Source: Camelus dromedarius
Lineage: Eukaryota
Assembly (NCBI RefSeq): GCF_036321535.1
Contig: NC_087436.1
Span: 29,762,001-29,826,000, forward strand
Direction of reading: 5' to 3'
DNA: 64,000 nucleotides
The stretch's first letter is position 1. Each line of letters starts with the position of its first letter. Shown piece after piece: positions 53,351 to 64,000 of the stretch. Position numbers and translations under genes: made by a program. The notes below the pieces were generated by a model. It searched no databases. It saw only the letters and a program-made list of their open reading frames with translations, and was not told the DNA's origin.

Positions 53351-56300
53351 AGCAAATAATCTTTTATAAAGGTGATCATTTTATGCATCTTGGAGAAGAA
53401 ATAGCAACTGTGAATTCATTTTGTTTTTATGAAATGAGCAGAGAGTAAATGATGTTGAACCTGAGCTCAATAATCAAATTATTATTTTAGATTCATCAGA
53501 ATTGCACTACAGTGAAGAAAAGATTGAAGATGTTAAATTAAAAGAGAAGGAAGCTGGTTTTTTAATGCATCCAAGTGTGCATTCATCAAAGTCTTAAGTG
53601 TAGCACTGACAATAGGAATATAAATGAGGGCAGGGATTGAGGACAACTTTATTGGATGTAATCCACTAGGTTTTTAGCTTCATTACATCTCATGTTAGAT
53701 AAGGAATATATAATTTCTAGTCAATATAGAATGATACAGTTTTCAATGTATGAGAAAAATGAGTCAAAATAAAATATTCAACTTTAACAACATGGCTTCT
53801 GTGAAAGAAGCATATAAGTACTGTGCAGAAGGTGTAGATTCAAGAGTAATAAGAGAAGGGATGGTACCACTAGATCAATTCTCTTCCCTGATGGGACAAG
53901 TGTGGGAAGAAGCTCCTGGGAAACAGAAAAGGCAGGTGTTCTGGTCTAATCTTTTTGTAAATGTACTAACTCAGGGATTCTGGAAAATCAACTAAATAGT
54001 TTTTGGTATCAGGAGCATCCTTATCTATAAAATGCTTTTAGCAGATTGTGCAGGGTTATCCAGAATTGCTTATGATAAACCAGAAATTCATACATTTGAC
54101 ATCACGATTCCCAGGAAAATATCATGTTAGCTATGCCATGAGCTAAGTAAAAAAGGAGATGTTTTGTGATTAAGAAAAGTCTATCTATGTAAGTAATTGA
54201 ACATTTTATTTAGAAACTAAATCTAGGGACTTGGGGCAGAGCACAATCAATGACCAAAGAGAACTTGAGCTTCTACACTGGGCTCCAAACCTTTCCCTAT
54301 TTCATCAAGGCCTCATCGTTGTATCCTTGAAATTATTAGTAAAGCTCATACTGAAAAAGATCTCTGATTTGTGAGTCTGATTTAACAATTAAATAGTTTG
54401 TGTGACTTCAGATCGATTTTGTGGACGGGATTCTTTTTAAGACTCACAAATAGTAATGCTCAAGGAGTTTTTTTTCCTGTGTGAAAGGAACTAACAGAAG
54501 AATATGAGACTTTGATTCCAAAATGGTTTTTCTATTCGGTAGTGTGACATGGTGAGAGCTTTGAAGCATATTAAGGGGATAAGTCTTACCACTGAAAGGA
54601 AATAGAGGAAACAGACAGATCTGGGAGCACAGGAACAGAGTACAAGGACAAAGGGAAGCTGGAAAATTTTATTAGTGGTTTTTGCTAGCACATCTGTTAA
54701 AGTCCAGCCTTTAGTAGTAGAAGGGATACTATTTTGGGGAAATATGTAAGATTAGACTTTTCTTCACTTGAAGGCCTTCTTGTGTCTTTCTGACTTCTTG
54801 GAAAAGTCTCATATCCCCTTGGAAATGACTCAAGTCATTGATTACTTGAAAAACTATTTGTGAAACAGGAGGCCAAGGTCAGGTGATGACTAAATATTAA
54901 GAGTATTTTATTAAAGAAATGTACATTTACCAACAGAAGATTGGCATATCATTAATGGCATGGATTCTTCAAATTAATGATGGAAGAACCTATAATAACA
55001 GAATAATACAATTCTGTTATTTCAAATGGAAGGGACTGTTCGGATTAATGACAAGTCATTAAGTGGCTGCAAACTTTTGAAAAGTCACTTCCAGATACTA
55101 TTAATAGCCCATCTGCTGCTGGGGCTCAGGCAGGATTTAGACTATGGTGAGGTGGTGACTGCTCCAGCCCCTCCCCAAGTCACCCATGGTATACTCCTTT
55201 CATATGAGAAGAATGTGACAAGTGTAAGTAACCTTAGACAGACTTTGTATTATCTAGAGATAACACCTTAGTTAGTACTATTGACATAGACAGTACAGTG
55301 AGTGGGGGCCAGGTGACACCCCTCTGCCTTAGGAGCCTTATGTATCCTTGTGGAAAACTTAGCTCATCTTAACTAACCATAGCTGCAAAAACTATTTCCA
55401 CATAAGTTCACATTCTAAGGTTCCAAGCAGGCATAAATTCAGGTGGCATACTCTTTATCTCACTACTGTGCTGAATTTTAACCAGCATTAAAAGTTTTAT
55501 AGTAGGCAAAAGCATTGGGCCCTTGTGATCCAATCCAATCTGTCAGATATTAGAACATACTCAGGCTAGAGCCCTTTTGAGAAAATTAAATGGGGCCATC
55601 AGTTCAAACCTCTCAGGATTTTCACCCAAAATATACCTATGGTACCTGTGTATTATTATCCACTTGAAAGGCACATCTGTTACATTGGATGAAGCATCCA
55701 GTGCAGACAGGCAGGGCAAGCTACGTAATTTATGTGATTCATTGAAAAATGGAAACATAGGCCTCTTGTCCAAAAATTATTAAGGGTTGATTTAGTTAAA
55801 TCATTGTGCCCTGAGATTAATATGGGAAGTAACTCACACAATCTACTGAGAAGTTTTCTAGAGTCTTCAGGTGGTAATGAGGAAAAAATGTAATAGCATA
55901 ATTTTATATCTTTCCCACCTATGAAACTGTCTTTTGTTTTGTCTCTAATGATGGTTCTAAATCCCAAATTAAGTTTTTGTGTACGAAAGTAAGGTTATAT
56001 GAGTCCCCAGGACATGATATCCATAACATTGAATTTGACAGTGCTATTCTACAAGGTAATTTATGGTAGGTTTTAACTTTCTCCCTTTTAGCCAAATTAG
56101 GGGGGATGCAGCTCCATTACCAAGCAGAGGAGACATCCCTGAGTACTTTGTCAAACCCTAAAACATTTGTTTGGGTGTGCTAGCAAAGCTCTTGTTATGT
56201 CTGTGTGTGTAAACATTATGTGTGATGAGTTGCAAAGTCCTGATGTTGGAAGGAGGTGTGTGGAAATAGAATGAACTTGTAGTAGATGGGAAAGATGTTT

Positions 56301-59300
56301 AGAAGGAGATTACATCACCACAGAGAGAAGCCATCACAATATTTCCATAAGAGCAGCTCAGAGCAAGGGTGTAATATTTAACTTATCTTTTGCCATTCTT
56401 ATCCAAACAAATGACCAATGTTGGTAGAAATCTCATGGCCTATTTTCTGCAGAAGAGGGAAATTGGACTCCTACTGATTTGAATGTTCTACATGTACAAT
56501 TTGGATAAAATAAGTGACAAAGTGCCCTCTGATGACTCAGCTTATGGGTAATTGACTACAGTTATTATTCAATTCCTAGGCTTTGTTTACCATTCTAAGA
56601 TTTTTTTAAGAAAAATATTACCAGTGAATTGTGCAAACCAGAGGAGGCTGTGTATCGTTTCTGTACCCCATGTGGCCATAAATCAAGATGATACATTGCT
56701 AAGACAGCTCCCTGGGTGTGATGGAAAGCAGATAGTGGCCACCTGCTTGGTATGTCACAGCTTGATCTCATCTATTCCTTCAAACATATCAGTGTGAATG
56801 TGGATGGAATTAATATAAAGAATGCAGAAATGGAACCCAGAAAGCCTCGGAGAATGTGGATTTGTGTTTGATTTGTTGTTCCAAAATGACAAATAACTCC
56901 CCTCCAGAGGTACACAGTGGTCATTTATGGGAAGCCTTCTGGCACAACCATATTATCTTTGATGGTAGGATGTACGTAACTGAGAGTCTCATGAAGTACA
57001 ATATGTTGGAGTGCAGGTAGAACTGCACATTAAATCAATGTGTAATGCCATCAACATGTGTGGCAGATTCATTAACACTAGGCTCCCTGTGCCAGGCACT
57101 TTGCAAGGATTGTAGGAGTTCGTCATGGGAATATTGAATCTTGCAATATTATTCCAGGACACCCATCATTATGAAGCAAAAGACTTAACACCTCAAATAG
57201 GGACACTTAGAGAGAGCTTGTTTTTAGAAGACTAGCTGCTGCTGGAAATTAGCCTGGTAAGAAGGAAGACAAAGCTCTGATTGAATGTTCCAAATGCATA
57301 GTGACTCTTCCATAATCAGTAACAGCGCTGCAAGTACACTTGAACCTTGACCCACAAAGGACTATTGGATATTTTAATTACTATGGAATATTGTGTTCTT
57401 AAATTTCAGTGGCAGGAATTCCTAGTGAGCCAAGCTAAACAAGTAAAATTATGAGAAAAGTATATTTAGTGTAAGTTGTGGCTTGATATCACTAAACATT
57501 GTGATCTTTAGCATTATTCTCTAACAGCCCATGTCATATGGATAAAAAAAAAGAATTTGTCTCCCATGTTATGGAGCTGGTTAGAACTGAATGGATAAAG
57601 TAAGGTTTTTATCCATAGGCTGTGAATGGGAATTAAATGGGCTCTATTACATAAAGCTTTGTGAAAAACAGTGTCTGTAAAGACCTGGAATATATCTAGG
57701 ATAGGGTTATATCCATGAATCATAAAATACAGAGTTTACTGAACATGGGCTTTTTAAGATTTTTTTGAACATAAACTTGTAATCACTACGCCAGTCACTG
57801 GGAATATATGATGTATAAGAAAAAAAGGCATTTTTGCCTGAAAAGAATATCATTTTCACTTATATAAGGTGTGTCAGACATTTGTCACAGCTAAATAAGG
57901 GTTATAATTTCACTGACAGAATTAAATGCAGACTAGATTTACGTAGAGGATGATCCCTGAATGAGAAAATGTCATGGAAGCTGATATGAAGACTCCCACC
58001 CCAATTAAAGTGTAATCAGTAGAAACTGAATTTTTTTTTCAGAAAAAAATGATTTGAGAAAAATTAAATATTCAATTAAATAATCCCATAGACATGTAGA
58101 AAATGATGCAAATAGTTAAAGCTGTTGGAGAAAAAAAATAATTCAGTTGGTAAATGAAAGTCATAAGACCTATAAAGGGAGATGTTAACAAATGATGTAC
58201 TTTGTAGGAGGAATTCCTGCTCTCTGTTGAATGGTTCAAATCAAAGTCAGTGTTAGTCTGCTTAAGTGAAACACGCAGAAAATGTTGTAAGATAAATAGT
58301 GGAAATGTACCACAAATGTTTGGCACTGAGATGTTGACAAGGTCAGAGGATGGATGAGGAAGTTAAGGTTCTAACAGCTAGTCTGTGATTCTCTCCTGTT
58401 ATCGAGGAGAGGCCCTCTCAGCACACCAATAAAGCATGTGACCCAGTAAGATTGTGTAAACATACTAACAAGGGAGATCCCAGAGATCCCGCTATTTGAT
58501 TTTTTTTTTTTTTTTTACTAGCAGGAGGATGACTGCCTATGAAATGCTTTTAGCAGAATGTGCCAAGTTGTTTAGGATTGCTTTGGTTAGTAGAGCAGGG
58601 ATCCATATGTTTATGGGACGTGACTCCCTGGAAAATGTCACGTAAGTTATGTCATTCTCTGAGTATAAAAATGAGCATATTTTATGTGTAGAAAGATCAT
58701 TCTATGTAAGTGAAGTGTTGACACGTTTCCCTAGAAATCCCATCTGTCTGCCTGGGCAAAGGAGTATCTGGTGAAAAAATCAATGACCTGACTAAGATGT
58801 CTGAACACTACTTTGCCAGTGACTAGTGGTCGCCTGAATTATTGAAATTGACTAGTAAAGCTTGATACTCTGTAAGATTACAGATTTGTGCAAGTCTGAC
58901 TTCACATTACAGTCATTTTCTATTATCTCAAGAAATCATGCTCATGTAAAGGAATGAGTTCAGAAACTTTGGAAGGTTTCAACACTTAAAAGACTAAGAG
59001 TAGGTGAGAAACCTCGTCCCCGTATGACTTATAAATGTATGAGGAGAATTGGAGATAAAAGTGTTGTAGAATTAAAAGAATGACAAAATTTCATAAAGTG
59101 AGCTATATAACAAGTCATGTTAAAAAGTAAATTAAGAATACCCATCAGTAACCATGATAGAATGCAGGACCCAGATAAGAGTTCTAAGTGGCTAGAGGAA
59201 TAAATAATTCTTCATAAAAGAGCGTAAATATTTAAGATTCTTTGGAGAAGCTTAATTCTCTAAGGAACCAGTATGATGGCAAGAAATAATAACTGGAGGG

Positions 59301-59472
59301 AATTATATGCATGAGCTAGAATGGATTCATCTTTTGCGGGGTCTCTGGCATATTCAGTTTGGAGAGCAAGGGCTCTTTAAGAAAGAATACAAAACCACAA
59401 ATTCAAAATTGAAAAGCATTAAAACAAATGAGGTATCCTGAAACTTGAACTTCATTAGCTTACGACCGGAGG

Positions 59473-59697
59473 ACAAGGTCCGATAAATATTTTCTGTAAA
59501 GAGCAAGATAGTATATAGTTTAGGTTTGTGGGCCATGCTGTCAGTGTTGTAACTACTTAGCTCTGACTTTTATAGTGCTTAAACTGCCTGAAGCAATATG
59601 TAAACAAATGAGAGTTGCTGTGTTCCAGTAAAATTTTATTTACTAAAGCAGGTGGCAACCAGGATTTGGCCCATTGGCTGTAGTTTGCCTGTCTCTG
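59473..59697 (+). mobile_element. MER58A (hAT-Charlie)
   Basis: ttttctgtaaagagcaagatagta...caatatgtaaacaaatgagagttgctgtgttccagtaaaattttattta...ggatttggccc. Confidence 0.85.
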
Positions 59698-60908
59698 GCT
59701 TGAAAACCTGCCTCTGTTCATGAGAAAGATTTTAGTTTAAATTTGCCCATGTGCTCAAGGAAGAGAAGTAAAATTAAAAGATATAATAGAGGACAATATA
59801 ATGTAAATGAATAAACATGTTCATATATAATAAACATTATATTATAGAAATATAAACATAAAGTAATGGAACAAAATCCTAGTGGCAGTATCAGGAGATT
59901 GCATCAGGATTTATGAGTATGGAAGTCAAGGTATTCCTGTGTCATCTTTTCCTAAGAGATGGAAAGGAAAAAGCTAGGGACTGATACAAATTAAAGTTGG
60001 CAACTACAAAATGAGGAAATTAAAGTTATTCTGGAAAATAGAAGACAAATTCCTCCTGCTAAGAATAGGAGGTTCAAGTGTAGGGTGGAATTATTTGAAA
60101 AGCTGGTGAATCTTAGAATATCTTGTGCAGGAAAAGAGAAAAAAATTGATCAAAAGTAATATAATTTAAAATGATAATAGAAAAGTGATCCAGACAGAGT
60201 CTGTGTTATTCACAAAGGCAAAGAACCAAGAAAATAAACTGTGTGTCTTGGGAGTATATGCAAATGCAACATGAAATAAATAGATGACAAAATAGTAGAT
60301 ATTAGCAGAAATGTGTTTTTTAATGTTATAGTAAACACTGTCAAAACAAATTTGGTGTAATTTAGTTTCAAAATGACAACATACATCAGTTTTAACCTAT
60401 GACCATATCCATAATTATATGAAAATAAATATTTCTTTAAGTTTTCTGAACAACTAAGCCGATGTAGAATATTTAGCTCCAAATTAATTGGGAGAACTTC
60501 ATAGTGTCTTATAATTAAGTTGCCTTTAAATATGCCTGATCCTTCAGGCAAACATCTGTGGATATTTGTCTCCACATGTTCCAGCACGTTGAGGTGATTT
60601 GAATTCAGCAAAAAAAAAAAAAAAGTAATAGCTTAAGTTGAAAAGGGAATTATCCTAAGGGAATCTGGTGGAAATGCACTCAAGAACAGAAGAACCATAT
60701 CTGTTTCTTTCATGAGCATTTGCTGTGTTTTGATGTAGTAAGTTATCATTCATGGCCTAACACTTAATGAAGATAAATGATTGATATAATGGATGACCTA
60801 AGAGCACATGAGAACAGAAATGCTTTTGTCCTGAAGAATATATTCTTCCGCCTATAATTTGAATGTAAATTTTGAATATAGAAATTATGGCTGAAAGTAT
60901 TCTAAAAA

Positions 60909-60909
<1 letters not shown>

Positions 60910-60953
<44 letters not shown>
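60910..60953. repeat. (CA)n microsatellite
   Basis: Perfect ca run of about 22 units. Confidence 0.95.
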
Positions 60954-60957
<4 letters not shown>

Positions 60958-62069
60958 GCATTCAGACTAGTGCTACAGTACCCATTCAAAACATCTGAAG
61001 TCATTTATCTTTCTGAATTGCACCCAGTGTGAAGATTTTTCACACAAAACAAAACAGAAGTGAGCATCAGTAACACTTCCAACATGCATACACTTTGTTC
61101 TAAAGGAACAGCTGTTGCTTGATGAAAAAGTTGATGAAAAATGCCCAGCATTTGTTTTTTAAAAAGTTATCACCCAAATAAGAATTGTTGGGAACCAGAT
61201 GTTAAAATTGAGAGTGGTCTGTTTATTTCGGTTGAGAGTGTTATAAAAATGTTAATAAGGTGTTTTTATGTCTATTACACGGTGATATTTGACTCTTAAA
61301 GGTGCTTTTTGTTATACTTGAGTTTTGTTTCTGTGGGCTGGTATTATTGGTGTTAGATCACTGAAGAGTAAATAAAGAGAGAAAGAATGCTTTCTTGTAA
61401 CCAAAATATTGAACTGGAATGAGAACAGTGGCATAGTTTTGCAGATAACTTACAGTGAAAGCTTTAAAAGACTAATATCTTTTTTGCATTGAGAAATAAC
61501 CTAATAATATTTGTCAATAATTATCATCTCAACCTAAGGAACTATGCTACCTCAAAAACTACTATTCTAGGCATCTGCAGGATACCTTGATTTCTCACCA
61601 CCTGAGTACTTTACTACTCATGTGCAGCACATCTCCATCCATTTAACAGGTTCCAGTCGGCCACATAGTATTTAATATATAAATTCTTTTAATTGCATAA
61701 ATAATACATACTCCTTATAGAAAATGAAAACATTTCAAAAAATTAAAGCCTCATTTGAATATTACCCAAACCTAGTCCCTTCTTCAGAGATGACTTTTGT
61801 TTTCAGTTTGATGTGTATTTTCCCCAGATATATTCATTGCATTTATAAATGCATGTACGTTTACCTATTGAAAATATGCACAATTGACTTTTGTGAGTAT
61901 GCTTTCCTTAAATCAAGTGTATCAAAATGGGTCAATTTGAAATGTACTTTTTTCAATTCAACAATATACCTGAATAGTTTTATCATGAGAATAACATTAG
62001 GATTAAAAATAATAAAACTAATCATATTAGACAAATTTATTTGGGTGCTCTCTGTCCATTGACTATTAC

Positions 62070-62255
62070 GTGTCATATCTGGATTATTTCATTTAATCAT
62101 GACAAACTAATGAAACAGGTAATACTGTTATCTCCATTTTACAGAAGAGAAAAAAAGATAAACTAAGTACTTTTCTCAAGGTCAATACAGGGAACAAATG
62201 ATTCAAATTCAGATGGTTCTGTTTTCAGAGGTCATGTCATTAACCATTATGCTGC
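62070..62255 (-). mobile_element. MIR SINE
   Basis: tcatttaatc...aggtaatactgttatctccattttacagaagag...aaggtca...gattcaaattcag. Confidence 0.75.
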
Positions 62256-62554
62256 AATGGCGGCATTATAGTCTGCATAATGAGTAAACTGTTTTTGTTT
62301 AGCCATTCTTATACTGATGAATATTTAGAGTTTTTCTAATTGCAGCACAATACTGCAGTTGATATTCTTGCACAGTTATCAACAGTGCATTTCCAAAAGT
62401 AGAAAGGCAGAGCTTTATATTATTTACAGACTGTAAAATATATAAGAATTTTACTCTAAAACAACTCCCAGTAATGCATTTATACCAGCGTAGTTGAGCC
62501 TGCCCATTTCTCTACATTCTCATTTTATTTTTGTCAGTCTAATGGAGGAAAAAT

Positions 62555-62641
62555 TGTTTTAATTCACTTATTAGCTGTATTTGGATTGTTTCATATGTTT
62601 TAATTCACTTATTAGCAGTATTTGGATTGTTTCATATGTTT
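62555..62641. repeat. 41-bp tandem duplication (2.1 copies, 1 mismatch)
   Basis: tgttttaattcacttattagc(t/a)gtatttggattgtttcata x2. Confidence 0.9.
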
Positions 62642-64000
62642 ATCACCATTTGTATTCCCTCCAATCCAGAGAGGCTGTTCGTATCTTTTGCCTGGTCTTC
62701 TGTTATCTTGAGTCTTTCCAAAAACTAGTTTAAATGTCAACTCATCCAAAGAAATATCCCTACTTCCTGCAACTTGAAACATTCTCTTTTTATTTGGTTT
62801 TTATAATATTTTATCTGCACTTTCCTTATCATATCACTGTATCACTTTTTACTTTGTATAATTGCTATTTCTGTATTATCCAATCTCCCCTATAATATGC
62901 TTTATGGAATAGTTTATGTTGATTAATCTTTATCACTCATATTAAAATTAACAAAAATTAAAATAATGAAAATTTTAATTAATTTAGCTTTTAATTGTTT
63001 TCAGTTATTATGTATGCCACCCAGTGAGAGACATAATTTTTGGCATGTCTTTTTTTGAAACAATTAAAAGGAAACAAAAAAAAAATTATCTCTCTATGAT
63101 CATTCAGATCGGAAAAATGATGTGTTCTAAATAATGATGCTTATTCTGTTTATATATTAAGAGAGCAATTCATATGTCTAGAAACTTCTCTGATTTTTGT
63201 CATTATGGAGAATTTTTAAAAATTTAAAAAAAATCTCTGTCTTTCATTAAATTATAAAGATTTTAAAAAATCTTGATAAACTCATGGAAAAAATGTGAAA
63301 ATTGTTTCATTATTAAAAATGATTATGAAAAGCTCATACAATTATTATTTAGCTTATTCATTAAAGGTTCATTCTGCATTCTATTAGGAAATATGGAAAT
63401 ACAATATAGGAATATTAGGAAATATAGAAACACAATATAAATATAAGAAAGACAATAAGAAAGAGATAAGAATACTGGACTTAGAGTAGAATTCAGGGTA
63501 TGATTGAGGCATGTATGAAAATTTCAACCAAATTGCAAAAGAGTTTGCCATAGAATAGACCCTTCAGGCTCCCTCAGGTTTTAAACATTTCCCTACACGA
63601 CCCTCAACTAGTAAGTACAGTTTACTTTGGACTTTTGAATTCTATGGGTAACAGGAGGTCATGAATATTACTTTAGAAGGCTCAGAATTAAAGCTTGTGT
63701 CCCTAGAATTAGTGTCTTATTTATCAGAATCCACAAACATATTGAAGGAAATTCAAGGATATGGGCATCAAGTTAATAATTGAATGTTTTCTATGGTAAG
63801 TTGTTCTTGGCAAATCTAGAGAAGCAACTTAAAGTTGTGATCATGGTCCGCAGTTCAATCTCTCCAAGTGTTTACTTTTTGCTGCTAGAAAGGATTCTGC
63901 CTATGTATATTTCAAAGCACCAGTGTTTTAAGAATCTGTAAAGTATTATAATTCAGGAATATCTGTTGAAGAATCAAGAACAGGTCATTAATGATCTCAT

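Noticed and set aside
29951..58592. Repeated motif as a CRISPR-like or tandem array
   Set aside because: Copies are kilobases apart in a mammalian genome with no repeat-spacer periodicity. Reported as a dispersed module instead.
60757..60954. ORF starting MCVCVCVC...
   Set aside because: Translation of the (CA)n microsatellite.

Overview
AT-rich mammalian genomic DNA, very probably camelid (Camelus/Vicugna/Lama), judged from two Vic-1-like tRNA-derived SINEs and a camelid-type L1 3' end. No intact protein-coding gene is evident. About half the window looks like decayed interspersed repeats (L1M, L2, MIR, MLT1/ERVL/ERV1 LTRs, MER58/MER45/MER20 hAT elements). One CpG island sits at ~43.8-45.9 kb. 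Reading splice signals by eye, I find about 19 exon-like segments on the minus strand running from the island to the left edge (43999->482). Most have canonical GT/AG ends and matching phases, but they carry scattered stops, frameshifts and a few broken splice sites. This looks like a large intron-containing pseudogene that I cannot name. Head-to-head with it, inside the island, is a compact plus-strand coiled-coil-like gene remnant with short introns, also disrupted. A ~50-70-bp module (AATGCTTTTAGCAGA followed by an RFX-like box) occurs three times at fixed internal spacing (29.95, 54.03, 58.54 kb). Repeat family names come from my memory of consensus sequences, not from a RepeatMasker run.
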